Part shown: positions 16,766 through 27,600 of the stretch, one piece after another
Layout: each line of letters begins with the position of its first letter
How positions within the stretch are numbered: the stretch's first letter is position 1
Assembly: GCA_038214195.1 (NCBI GenBank)
Contig: JBBQSE010000002.1
Location: forward strand, 854 to 64,853
DNA: 64,000 nucleotides
DNA from: Planctomycetales bacterium
Lineage (GTDB): Bacteria > Planctomycetota > Planctomycetia > Planctomycetales > Planctomycetaceae
Reading direction: 5' to 3'
Notes under the pieces: generated by a model
What the model was told of the DNA's origin: nothing
What the model saw: the letters and a program-made list of their open reading frames with translations, nothing else
The model's database searches: none
Program-made: the position numbers and the translations under genes

Positions 16766-18142
16766 ATGACCGGCGAACCTCCAAACGAGAATCAAGACAC
16801 TGGATTTCAATTGCTGGGCGTACCCGTGAACGATGAATCGCACGCGCTGCGGTCTCGGGAGCCATTCGAATTGTTGGTGTCACAGTTTGTCGAAGAGCTG
16901 CGGCATGGCAAGCAGCCGTCAGTCGAAACCTACGCCCGCAGATTCCCGCCGCACGCGGCCCGGATCCGTGAAGTGTTTCCCGTACTGGCCATGCTGGAGC
17001 ACGCTCGAATCGCAAAGGAATCGCAATCGATCCGCCGCAACATGCCCGATCGATTTCCATTTACGCGGATCGGCAACTGCGAATTGATCAGCGAACTGGG
17101 CCGAGGCGGCATGGGTGTGGTTTTCCAGGCCCGCGATCTGCAATCGGGACATCTGGTCGCCGTGAAGATTTTGCCGTGGCGGATCTCGATCGTTCCGGAA
17201 TGGGTGGCGCGATTCGAACACGAAGCTCGGACGACGGCTCAGTTGCGGCACCGCAACATCGTGCCCATTTTTCGTTGCGGACAGGAGAACGGTTATTGTT
17301 ACTTTCTCATGCAATTCGTAAACGGCGTTGGGCTGGACCAGATCATCGCACGATTGCGGGAAACGGACGGCGTGATCTATGCGGAGGAAATCCAACGACA
17401 GGAACTGCAACGGCAGTCAGGACCACAAAGGGTTATCTTGCCGGTCCAGCCATCGGCTCAAAGCACGGGCGAAAGTACTCGCCGGCGAAAGTTGACAAAA
17501 TCTTCCTGGGGAAGTTTCACGAAGATCGCCCTACAGTCAGCCCAAGCGCTGAGGGCCGCTCATCGAGCCGGGATACTGCACAACGATATTAAGCCGGGAA
17601 ATATTTTACTCGACGCGGATGGTCGAGTCTGGGTGACGGATTTCGGTTTGTCGCGACCGATCGAAGAACAGGGATCGAAATCGATCGACCGCGTCATTTC
17701 AGGAACACTGCGCTACATGGCGCCGGAACGATTGCTGGGGCAACAGACCGCAAGCTGTGACCTCTATTCTCTGGGAGCCACGCTGTACGAATTGTGTCTC
17801 CAGAAACCCGCGTTTGAACACTCGGACCGTGATGAGTTGACGCGTATGATTCTGGAAGATCCACCGGTTCGTCCACGCGACGCACAGCCTGAGATTCCGC
17901 GTGGTTTGGAAACCATTATCATGAATTGTCTGGAGAAGCATCCTTCAGATCGATACACCACGGCGGACGCGCTGCTGGCTGATCTGCTGATGCAATCGCG
18001 GGGCCAGGGAGTGGGTTCGACCAGCCGCAGATCCTTCTCGGGATTCTTTCGAGCGATCCGGCGTGTTTCAGGCACCTCGGAGGGCAAGCAAAAACCAAAA
18101 AAAGGCAAGAAGCCAGATCCCGGCAACAGTGAGATTCTGTAA
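16766..18142 (+). CDS. Cytoplasmic Hanks-type Ser/Thr protein kinase (non-RD: HND catalytic loop)
   Basis: GRGGMGVVFQA, VAVKIL, 'HNDIKPGNILL', DFGLS and YMAPER motifs. No TM segment. The C-terminal tail is Lys-rich. Confidence 0.88.
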   Translation: MTGEPPNENQDTGFQLLGVPVNDESHALRSREPFELLVSQFVEELRHGKQPSVETYARRFPPHAARIREVFPVLAMLEHARIAKESQSIRRNMPDRFPFTRIGNCELISELGRGGMGVVFQARDLQSGHLVAVKILPWRISIVPEWVARFEHEARTTAQLRHRNIVPIFRCGQENGYCYFLMQFVNGVGLDQIIARLRETDGVIYAEEIQRQELQRQSGPQRVILPVQPSAQSTGESTRRRKLTKSSWGSFTKIALQSAQALRAAHRAGILHNDIKPGNILLDADGRVWVTDFGLSRPIEEQGSKSIDRVISGTLRYMAPERLLGQQTASCDLYSLGATLYELCLQKPAFEHSDRDELTRMILEDPPVRPRDAQPEIPRGLETIIMNCLEKHPSDRYTTADALLADLLMQSRGQGVGSTSRRSFSGFFRAIRRVSGTSEGKQKPKKGKKPDPGNSEIL

Positions 18143-18188
18143 ATCCTGTTGTGCGGTTTCGTGAGATGATGGATTCATCGGCGGTCGT

Positions 18189-19118
18189 TTAGGACATAAC
18201 AGGGGCGGTTTCCTGGCTGACATTATGGTGATGCTCGTGAACCCAGCTGAAAGCCAGGTCCAGTATTCGTTCCCGGGCGTCCGCAAAAAACATGTGACCG
18301 CATTCGGGGATGGTGACGAGTTTTGATGATTTTATGCCGTTCGCCAGGTGAATCGCTTCAGCGGGACGAACGACCGAATCGACTGTACCGCCGATGATTT
18401 GGGTCGGAGTGGTAATTCGACAAAGCTGAGGTGTGAGATCGAGTTCGCGAATTCCCCGCAACAGAGTGGTGAGTAATCGCGGATCGTGGCGTCGGGCGGC
18501 CTCGTGCAGAGAATTCCAGGCAGACTGCACGGCTTCGTGACTCGCGGCATTGTGCTTGTACGAGATCGCGTGCTTTCCGCAAATACGATGTAGAATTCGG
18601 TCCAACAGCCATGGACTGCGTCCAACCTGGACCAAATTCCAGTGGAACAGCGGCGGGCACCAATCTAAAGCAGCCAGCCACTGTAGGAGCCCCATCAGGT
18701 CTCCCCATCGACCGCGTGCAAATCCGCAGATGCTGCTGACGCTGGCGAATCTCCCCGGCTGTTTTGCGGCCGCCGCCAGTGCGGCGAAGCCGCCCGTAGA
18801 CCAACCCACCAGATGGGGCGATTCACCAGCGAAGAATTTGCCCGCGGCGGCGATCACGATGTCCGCAAACAGCTCACAAGTGACGTCATTCGGCCCAAGT
18901 GTGTCGGTTGCGAATGAAGTCGCGTGTCCGGGAAGACTCAGCGAGCAGCAACGGAATCGTCCGCACGTCGTGTGCAAAACCGCTGGCCAGAGATCGACTG
19001 AAGCCGCGATCCCATGGATAAAAATCACCGGCGGCAACCGACGATCGGTGCCACGCATCAGAGCGGCGACACAATGCCCGACGACTTCGATCGTCGCGGG
19101 AGTCCAATTCTCAGTCAT
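18189..19118 (-). CDS. Alpha/beta hydrolase fold protein
   Basis: 'PPVIFIHGIAAS' oxyanion region, nucleophile elbow 'GWSTGG', and C-terminal 'GHMFF' His. The start MTENW (19118) is preferred over 19175. Confidence 0.75.
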   Translation of the reverse strand: MTENWTPATIEVVGHCVAALMRGTDRRLPPVIFIHGIAASVDLWPAVLHTTCGRFRCCSLSLPGHATSFATDTLGPNDVTCELFADIVIAAAGKFFAGESPHLVGWSTGGFAALAAAAKQPGRFASVSSICGFARGRWGDLMGLLQWLAALDWCPPLFHWNLVQVGRSPWLLDRILHRICGKHAISYKHNAASHEAVQSAWNSLHEAARRHDPRLLTTLLRGIRELDLTPQLCRITTPTQIIGGTVDSVVRPAEAIHLANGIKSSKLVTIPECGHMFFADARERILDLAFSWVHEHHHNVSQETAPVMS

Positions 19119-19511
19119 GATTGTGACAAGTTGATTTCTGGATTTCAGGCACTCGATCGTTTCGATCGCAGGCACGGGATTAGGACTGGAATTATACTCC
19201 TGCCGAACATCGTAGCGACTACATCATGTGTTTGACACGTCATAAAGCGACGGATTGAGACTAGCGACCGGCGAGTGAAAACGCGGTCCCTTGACGAACA
19301 GTCGCTGCGAATCGAAAATGCCAGTGATGCGTTCAAATTCACTGGCGTCAGCTTTGCCACCAGGTGTATTTTCGCTGGATGTCGCTTCGACCAGGATTGA
19401 TATCGCATGACACATGAAACACACACTTCGAAGCCACAGATTTTAGCGTACAGTTACCGCAGTAACTCCCCTGCGGCTCCTTAACCACACAGTTCGTTCG
19501 GTGTCATCCTA

Positions 19512-20558
19512 ATGAGTCAGGGTTTCGGTCCTCACCATGTGTTTATCACCGGCGCACTTGGGTTTATTGGGCGACGATTGGCGGATCGCTACCGCGAAGC
19601 GGGCTGCTTTGTGACGGGCGTCGATGTCAGGTCGGATTGCAAATTGGGGGTGGTTGAAGGCGACATCACAAAACGCGGCAACTGGCAGGAAGCAATTGCC
19701 GGTTCCACATTGGTGATACATACGGCAGCAAAAGTCGGTATGGAGGGCGATGCGGACAGTTACTGGCGAGTAAATTGTCTTGGAACACGGCATGTGATCG
19801 ACGCCTGCACAAAACATAAAGTTCACCGCCTGGTCCACCTTTCTTCGGTCGTGGTCTTTGGATTTGAGTATCCCGACGGAGTCGATGAAAAATACCCGTT
19901 GCGGACCAACGGCGTGCCGTACGTCGATTCCAAGATTGCCAGTGAGCATGCCGTGCTTCAGGCACATGCGGCTGGTGATGTTGAGTGTACCATTGTTCGG
20001 CCTGGTGATGTCTATGGACCGGGTTCCAACTTTTGGACTGTGGCCCCCTTGCTTTCCCTGGCGGCCAGACGCCTGATACTTCCGGCAATGGGGCGAGGAC
20101 ACCTGGCTCCGATCTTCGTCGATGATCTGGTTCGCGGCGTCATGCTGGCTGCTGGCAGCGCGGAAGCATCTGGACAGGTTTTCAATTTGACCGGGGGTGA
20201 AAAGGTTGAAGCACGTGAATTCTTCGGATTTTATGCTCGCATGCTTCGGAAGGCCCGCGTACCCGTCGCGCCTACTGCGGTGGTGACTGCAATTGCAGCG
20301 ACGATGCGTTGTCTGGGGCGAGGTCCGGTAACGGCTGCGGCAGTTCGTTACATTGCGAGAAAAGGCGGTTACTCAGTCGAGAAAGCGCGTCAACAACTCG
20401 GCTTTGAGCCGACGACCAGTTTGGAAGAAGGGATGCGCCGCACGAAAGAGTGGTTTGAAGAGAGTCAGCTTCCGCCCACAGAGCGACTCAATGAGCCGCA
20501 ACTGATCGACTCGGACGTTTTCGCAGCATTGAGAGCCAAATCTCGATCGCCGCGGTGA
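19512..20558 (+). CDS. NAD-dependent epimerase/dehydratase (extended SDR)
   Basis: 'VFITGALGFIGRRL' (GxxGxxG) and the catalytic 'YVDSK' (YxxxK). Confidence 0.85.
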   Translation: MSQGFGPHHVFITGALGFIGRRLADRYREAGCFVTGVDVRSDCKLGVVEGDITKRGNWQEAIAGSTLVIHTAAKVGMEGDADSYWRVNCLGTRHVIDACTKHKVHRLVHLSSVVVFGFEYPDGVDEKYPLRTNGVPYVDSKIASEHAVLQAHAAGDVECTIVRPGDVYGPGSNFWTVAPLLSLAARRLILPAMGRGHLAPIFVDDLVRGVMLAAGSAEASGQVFNLTGGEKVEAREFFGFYARMLRKARVPVAPTAVVTAIAATMRCLGRGPVTAAAVRYIARKGGYSVEKARQQLGFEPTTSLEEGMRRTKEWFEESQLPPTERLNEPQLIDSDVFAALRAKSRSPR

Positions 20559-20678
20559 AGCTGTTTGTGCCGCGCTGTAGAATTGATCGTATGTCTGAGC
20601 GGCGGTTTCCTGCGGAATGATGTCCTTGCCCATAGACCGTGCCCGTGTGTTTTTTGTCCTCGTGAAGGAAGTGGCTGA

Positions 20679-22151
20679 GTGAGTGGATCGGCGCAAACAC
20701 ATCGACGACTAATCATCGTCGGAGCAGGCATGAGTGGACTCTGCCTCGCCATTCGGCTGAAGCGAGCCGGCATCCACGACTTCACGATCATTGAGAAGTC
20801 GGGGGACGTGGGTGGAACCTGGCTGGAAAATTCGTACCCGAATTCCGGCTGCGACGTGCCGTCATTTCTGTATTCATTCTCATTCGCCCCGAATTACAAC
20901 TGGACGCGCAAGTACGCTCGCCAGCCAGAGATTCTGCAATACTTTCGCGACTGCGCGGACCGGTTTGAAATCCGGCCTCATATCGTGTTCAACCGGCATG
21001 TCACCCAGGCCGCATGGGACGAAGAAACGCACCACTGGACGGTGACGCTGGATGACGGCCAGCAGTTGACGTCCAATTATTTCGTCAGCGCGGTCGGACA
21101 GTTGAACCGTCCTCGCATTCCGCAGATTCCTGGCGCCGAACAGTTTCAGGGTCACACATGGCATTCCGCGCGCTGGAATCATGCGGTGGATCTGACCGGA
21201 AAAAAAGTGGCGATTGTTGGCAACGGTGCCAGCACGATTCAGTTCATTGCGGAAGTCGCCGATCGAGCCGAACACGTCTGCCTGTTTCAGCGGACTCCCA
21301 GTTGGATTCATCCGCTCAACAACTATCGATACGCGGGGTGGGTGCGGTGGTGTTTTCGCAGAATGCCGTCCGTGGCCCGGTTGCATCGATTGTGGATCTT
21401 CCTGATGTGTGAATGGCGGATCATCGCGTTCCGGGAGGGCGGCATTGCAAATCGGATCTATCGCTGGTGGCTAAAACGCACCATGAAGGTATTGATCCGC
21501 CCGGAATTGACCGACTCGCTCATCCCCAATTATGCCCCAGGCTGTAAACGTATCCTGCTGTCCAGCGATTACCTGCAGACAGTGCAGCAATCCAATGTGA
21601 CCCTGGTTACAGAAGCCTTGCAGTCCTTCCAGAGTAATGCGGTAAAGACCGCGAGCCACGAGTTCCCGGTGGATGTTGTGATTTACGGAACCGGCTTTGA
21701 AGCGACCGGACTCCTGCAGCCCATGACGATTCTCGGCCGCGGTGGAGTCGCTCTGGAAGATGCGTGGAACGGTCACCCTCAAACCTTGTATGGATTGGCA
21801 ACCCCCGCGTTTCCCAACATGTTCATGCTGTACGGCCCGAACACAAATCTTGGACACAATTCCATCATTTACATGGTCGAGTCACAAGTGGATTATCTGA
21901 TGAAATGTCTCGCCGAAGCGGATCGCCTCAAGTGCTGCGAAATTGAAGTGTCTGAGGCGGCCGTTGCAGAGTATGACAAAAAGCTTCACGCCGGGCTCAA
22001 AGAAAGCGTGTGGGCCGGCGATTGCTCAACCTGGTACAAGACCAGCGACGGAACAATCTCCAACAACTGGGCCGGTGCCGCCATGCTCTATCGAATTCAA
22101 ACTAGAAAACCAAACTTCAACGCCTGGACATTTCGCTTCGGAGATACTTAA
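20679..22151 (+). CDS. Flavin-dependent Baeyer-Villiger-type monooxygenase (class B FMO)
   Basis: 'IIVGAGMSGL' FAD site. 'FQGHTWHSARW' matches the BVMO fingerprint FxGxxxHxxxW. The second Rossmann site is 'VAIVGNGASTIQ'. Confidence 0.85.
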   Translation: MSGSAQTHRRLIIVGAGMSGLCLAIRLKRAGIHDFTIIEKSGDVGGTWLENSYPNSGCDVPSFLYSFSFAPNYNWTRKYARQPEILQYFRDCADRFEIRPHIVFNRHVTQAAWDEETHHWTVTLDDGQQLTSNYFVSAVGQLNRPRIPQIPGAEQFQGHTWHSARWNHAVDLTGKKVAIVGNGASTIQFIAEVADRAEHVCLFQRTPSWIHPLNNYRYAGWVRWCFRRMPSVARLHRLWIFLMCEWRIIAFREGGIANRIYRWWLKRTMKVLIRPELTDSLIPNYAPGCKRILLSSDYLQTVQQSNVTLVTEALQSFQSNAVKTASHEFPVDVVIYGTGFEATGLLQPMTILGRGGVALEDAWNGHPQTLYGLATPAFPNMFMLYGPNTNLGHNSIIYMVESQVDYLMKCLAEADRLKCCEIEVSEAAVAEYDKKLHAGLKESVWAGDCSTWYKTSDGTISNNWAGAAMLYRIQTRKPNFNAWTFRFGDT

Positions 22152-22349
22152 ACCGCTCGTTGCCTCCACCACAGCTCGACCAGTTTCCAACGGAACGCAG
22201 CGATCGACAGCCTAAGCGTCCGTGGTTTGATAATGTGGCATCGTGAATCCGGATTCCGCAATTTCTTTGGAAATTGAAATCCGAATGGCAGATCGCAGGC
22301 TTCACTGAGTGTAGTCTGTGGCGTTTTTGCACTGACAATTGTGAAATTC

Positions 22350-24581
22350 ATGCGGTCTCATGTTATGAGCAAAAATTACGGGAGTTATGGTCCTTCGACG
22401 CCCTGGCTGGGCAGCATGGCTCGGTGGACGGCTTTTCACGCGGCGAGGGTTGGCTATGCGCTCTGCGGGGTGTCTCTGCCTGAAAGTCGCAATGCTCAGA
22501 CATCGTTGGCGAAAATTCGCGAGCGTCTGGCGCAGGGCGAGACCCTCTATTTATGCGGAATTGGGGTTCCAGCTCACGACACCGGGATGGCCCTGGTGGA
22601 AGTGTCTGAGGCGAATGGAATTCGGCTGATCTCAAACGATCAGGAAGAACGTTTTAGCCGGGTCAAACATGAAGATCGCTTTCCGAAACATGCTGTGGGT
22701 GTGTTTCGTCAGCGGCTCGAGCAGCGTGGGTTGTCCCTGGACGATATCGCGGCGTTTCTCTTTACGTGGGATTCGGCCCGCGTCGTTGGCAGTGGCGTGG
22801 GAATGATGTTCGACCATTTCCCGTTCAGTCTGCCAATGGGGTTTCCGAAAAGCACGCCCAAAGCCAACTTGTTTCATAGTCTGAAGACAGCAGGTGTTCC
22901 ACGACTGCTTGCTACGGAGTTTGCTGTCAAGCGGCGAATCCCCATCATCTTTCAGCCGCATCACGATAATCATGCCGCCTACAGTTTTGCGGTGTCTCCA
23001 TTCTACGCATCCGACACACCAGTAATGATCACCGTTCTGGACGGCTTTGGTGATACCAGCGCGATTTCGCTTTACGTCGCGCAGAACGGCAAGATCCGGC
23101 AAACATATCAGAATTACAGTCTCGGCGATTCGCTGGGCGCATTTTACAGCATTATCAGTTCAACCAAGGGTGGTTGGACGTCACTCAGCAGCGAAGGTCG
23201 CTACATGGGGGCCGCCGCCTGGGGCGACAGTGATCGGCTGACGAATCCTTACTACAAGTGCTTGCGCGAGATATTTCATTTTGCGCCTCAGGGAAAACTG
23301 CACGTGAATCGGCGGATGGCCAACTGGTTTCGTCGAGGAGAATTCAAGCCTTACACCGAAGCACTGCGAAAGATCATTGGTGATCCGATTTCTCCGGAAA
23401 GATTGTGGAATCCCGACGCGGTTCTGAATGTCGAGGATGTCAATCACTCGGAGATCACCAGGGAACGCGTCGATCTTGCCGCAGCGACACAATTAGTGTT
23501 CGAAGACGCATTGTTTCACATCATCGGACATTTCATTCGTGAAACCGGCGCAGACAAACTTGTGATGGCTGGCGGAACGGCACTGAACTGCGTTGCCAAC
23601 ATGCATCTGATGGAACGATTTAACCGAGACTGGTATCGCCGAAATCTGAAGAAGGACGCGAGGCTGCACTTGTGGGTTCCCCCAGTGCCCAGTGATGTGG
23701 GGGTTGCACCCGGAGCCGCCTTTAGCTTTGCGATGCAGGCCGGTGCCAGGCCGGGTGAAACGCTCCAGCATGCATTTTATTGTGGACTGCCGCCCACAAC
23801 CGACGAGATTCGACAGGCACTTGCTGCAAATGACGACATTGATTTTCGCGAACTGGCCAACGTAAAAAATGCGGACGGTCAGTATGCTGTCGCGGATCTG
23901 GCCGCATCGATTCTTGCGCGAGACGGAGTGATCGGACTGTTTCAGGGATCTGCGGAAACCGGTCCACGGGCGCTGGGACATCGGTCGATCCTTGCAAATC
24001 CATGTAATCCGAAAACACTGGAAAACATCAATCGGCTCGTCAAGTTTCGTGAGCCAATCCGCCCTCTGGCACCAATGGTGACGCTGGAGGCCGCACTCAA
24101 ATACTTTGAGTTGAACGAAGGGGCTTCGGACGACAACTACAATGCCTATAACTACATGGTACTCACCGCCCGCGCAAAAGCCCTGACACGGAAAGAATTA
24201 CCGGCGATTGTGCATCAGGACGGTACTTCTCGCGTGCAAATTGTGCGAGAGGAGCAAGACCCGTTTTGCCACGCTATGCTGAAGGCCATGGGACGCCATC
24301 TGGGAGCGGAAGTATCGGTCAACACATCACTCAATGTCGGTGCGCCAATCGCACAGTCGCCACAGGATGCGATCGATACGATGAAACGAGCGGCGGCACT
24401 GACTGCTTTGCTGATGATCGGCGAGTCAGGTGAATCTTTTCTGGTCTGGCACACACAGCAGACGCCCCCTAAAGACGGCGGCGCGAGGCTGCTCAATTGG
24501 TACGCCGAGTGGCAGTCGCAGACCGAAAGAACCGACAGCGAAACGAAGATGGTGGCAGTCCAGACACACATACCCGGATAA
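22350..24581 (+). CDS. NodU/CmcH/TobZ-family carbamoyltransferase (start uncertain: 22341, 22350 or 22365)
   Basis: 'LCGIGVPAHDTGMALVE...EERFSRVKHEDRFPKHAV' N-terminal Kae1-like block, 'AGGTALNCVAN', and the C-terminal 'HQDGTSRVQ' block. Confidence 0.85.
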   Translation: MRSHVMSKNYGSYGPSTPWLGSMARWTAFHAARVGYALCGVSLPESRNAQTSLAKIRERLAQGETLYLCGIGVPAHDTGMALVEVSEANGIRLISNDQEERFSRVKHEDRFPKHAVGVFRQRLEQRGLSLDDIAAFLFTWDSARVVGSGVGMMFDHFPFSLPMGFPKSTPKANLFHSLKTAGVPRLLATEFAVKRRIPIIFQPHHDNHAAYSFAVSPFYASDTPVMITVLDGFGDTSAISLYVAQNGKIRQTYQNYSLGDSLGAFYSIISSTKGGWTSLSSEGRYMGAAAWGDSDRLTNPYYKCLREIFHFAPQGKLHVNRRMANWFRRGEFKPYTEALRKIIGDPISPERLWNPDAVLNVEDVNHSEITRERVDLAAATQLVFEDALFHIIGHFIRETGADKLVMAGGTALNCVANMHLMERFNRDWYRRNLKKDARLHLWVPPVPSDVGVAPGAAFSFAMQAGARPGETLQHAFYCGLPPTTDEIRQALAANDDIDFRELANVKNADGQYAVADLAASILARDGVIGLFQGSAETGPRALGHRSILANPCNPKTLENINRLVKFREPIRPLAPMVTLEAALKYFELNEGASDDNYNAYNYMVLTARAKALTRKELPAIVHQDGTSRVQIVREEQDPFCHAMLKAMGRHLGAEVSVNTSLNVGAPIAQSPQDAIDTMKRAAALTALLMIGESGESFLVWHTQQTPPKDGGARLLNWYAEWQSQTERTDSETKMVAVQTHIPG

Positions 24582-24670
24582 TTAAGCCCGGAGTGGCAGT
24601 CGCGTTTCTTAGAAAGAGACGGTATCATTGACAGTGCTGAATTCACCGTCGAACTTCGGAGAAACTCTCG

Positions 24671-27600
24671 ATGTGTCGTTGCTCAGTTCTTATGTCGATT
24701 GTGGCGTCTTTGCTTCAGTTTGCTCCTTGTGATGCCGCTGCAGCACAGGATGATGTTGCGTTCAACCGTGACGTCAGGCCAATCCTGGCCGCGAATTGCT
24801 TTGAATGTCACGGCTTTGATGCCAAAACACGTAAGGCCGATCTGCGTCTGGATACCGCCGACGGCGCATACGCTGAACATGACGGGACAATCCCGGTCAA
24901 GCCCGGTGATCTGGCGGCAAGTGAGCTGTGGAATCGCATCAGCAGTACCGACAAAGACGTCGTGATGCCGCCTCCGGAATCGAAGAAATCCCTCACGGAT
25001 GCTGAAAGACAAACTCTCCGACAATGGATTGAGCAGGGAGCAAAATACCAGAAGCACTGGTCGTTTGAACCACCGCAATCGCCACCGATTCCGGCGGTCA
25101 AAACGGCTGCATGGGTTCGCAATCCTGTCGATGCCTTCATCCTCGCCTCGTTGGAGCAACACGGCCTGGCTCCGCAACGCGAGGCCGATCGGGAAGTGCT
25201 CATTCGGCGCGTCGCGTTCGCACTCACCGGACTTCCGCCAACGATCGCCGAGCAGGACGAATACCTCAACGACACTTCCGCCGATGCGTACGAAAAAATG
25301 GTGGATCGTTTTCTGGCGTCGCCCCATTTTGGTGAGGAGCAGACGCGACAGTGGCTCGATGTTGCACGCTATGCGGATACTCACGGGCTGCATCTCGACA
25401 ATGAACGCGAAATGTGGGCTTATCGTGACTGGGTTGTGCGGGCATTCAATCAGAATCTGCCATTTGACGAATTTACGAAATGGCAACTGGCTGGCGATTT
25501 GCTTCCCGAACCCACGCAGGACCAACTCATCGCAACTGGCTTCAACCGTTGCAACGTGACAACCAGCGAAGGCGGCGCAATCGCTGACGAATGGCTGTAC
25601 CGCTACGCTGTCGATCGCACGAGTACGACAATGCAGACATGGATGGGACTTACGGCCGGTTGCGCCGTGTGCCACGATCACAAATATGATCCGGTTACGC
25701 AGCGAGATTTTTACTCGATGTACGCGTTCTTCTATTCGACAGCCGATCCTGCGATGGACGGCAACATCAACACGACCCCGCCGTTTGTCAAAGTCCCGAA
25801 TCCCGAGCAGAAGGTGGCACTCGACGCAGCGAAGAAGCATGCGGCTGACGCGAACCGAGCGTTGGAGGATACTATTTCATTGACGGAATACATCGAACCG
25901 ATCGATTCCGTGGACTCGGCGATTCCCATGAGCAGCGTCAACGACTCAGTGATCGACGACACGTTTCCACTCGGCACGAACACCCGCAACACGTCACGAA
26001 ATGAACCAACCTGGCGGCTGGATCCAGAGTTTGGTGCCAAGTCAGGGCGGCGTGTGCTCGAATTGGCGTACGGTTCGAAATACGACCTGAATCTTGACTT
26101 TAGTCTTATTCCCGTGGTCGTGCCAATCGATGGGCAGCTGGAGTTTTTCCTGCAAATTGACCCCTTCAATCCGCCGACAGCGTTTGGCGTGCAATACGAT
26201 GACGGAAAGAATCGGCGAATCGTCTGGGGCAACAAGTCGACAATCGACTTTGATAAGTCAGACGTGGACATGGGCGAAATTCCGGCAGCCGGCGAATGGA
26301 TTCACGTCGCCGTGCCGTTTCAAAAGACGGGCTCAACGCCGGGCAGTCGAATCAAAAGCATGGTGTTGATTCAAAACGGCGGAAAAGTTTGGGTCGATGA
26401 CATTCGCGTCACCGGTACCAGTGATCGCAGCAAAGATCCACGGTCGTCCTTCAAACGCTGGTGGGAAATGAGCAAAGGAACCAATCCTTCCGGCATTGGC
26501 GGAGATCTTCGAACGCTGCTTGTGGCCGGGCCGAGTGATTCGGTTATTCCAGAACAGCGAACTCAATTGCTTCGATTCTGGATGAAGAATGTGCAGCGCA
26601 GCGATGAATCGGGCCGCGCCGACCTTCTCGTCGCGGCCAGTCAGGCGGAACAAAATGTCGCGATTCTTGAAGAGGATATTCCGGGCACGTTCGTGTTCAA
26701 CGATCTGCCTAAACCTCGCGATGCGTTTGTGATGCTGCGTGGCCAGTATGACAAGCCCGCAGACAGGGTCGAACCGCGCACACCGTCCGAGTTCCCTCCG
26801 CTGCTGCTGTCCGATGGTCAGCCGTTTCCTGGTGATCAGCGTCCCAATCGCCTGGATCTTGCCCGGTGGTTCCTGGCAAAAGAAAACCCGCTCACAACTC
26901 GCGTCACGGTCAACCGAATCTGGCAGCAGATGTTTGGCACAGGACTTGTCAAAACCAGCGACGATTTTGGAACGCGAGGAGAATTGCCAAGTCATCCCGA
27001 GTTGCTCGATTGGCTCGCGGTGCATTTTCGTGAGACCGGCTGGAATACAAAGCAGTTGTATCGGCTGTTGTTAACATCGGCCACTTTTCGCCAGCACTCC
27101 GAAACGAACCAACATTTGAGAGAGCTCGATCCGGAAAACCGGCTGCTCGCGCACGGCCCGCGACTGCGGTTGGAGGCAGAACACATGCGCGACAACGCGC
27201 TGGCGGTGAGTGGTCTCATGAATTACGAAATGGGCGGTCGCGGAGTGATGCCGTATCAGCCGCCGGACATCTGGGAACCGGTCGGTTACGAAAACAGCAA
27301 CACGCGATTTTACATGCAGGATCATGGCGCGGACCTGTACCGCCGCAGTTTGTACTGTTTCCTGAAACGCACAGCTCCACCCCCGTTTATGACGAACTTC
27401 GACGGCCCAAATCGGGAACAGTTTTGTTCCCGTCGAGAACGCAGCAATACGCCTCTACAGGCATTGCAGCTGATGAACGACATCCAGCACTTCGAAGCCG
27501 CGCGGGCACTTGCAGAACGTGTGCTTTCGGAGGCCGCACCGGAAGCTGAAGCGAGAATCAAATATCTTTATCGCATCGTGTTGTCCCGGCTTCCGAACAC

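Noticed and set aside
16599-17060. N-terminal extensions of listed ORFs: AbgT to 17060, MPG to 15064, GH3 to 58194, PP2C from 45658, DUF1501 from 27888, hisC from 7793, PLP enzyme to 61756
   Set aside because: In each case an internal ATG coincides with the canonical family N-terminus. The extension is compositionally odd and overlaps a neighbouring gene, promoter region or repeat.
24683-25840. 385-aa ORF antisense to the PSCyt/DUF1553 gene
   Set aside because: It is a shadow ORF opposite a strongly supported gene. It has no motifs and a skewed Arg-rich composition.
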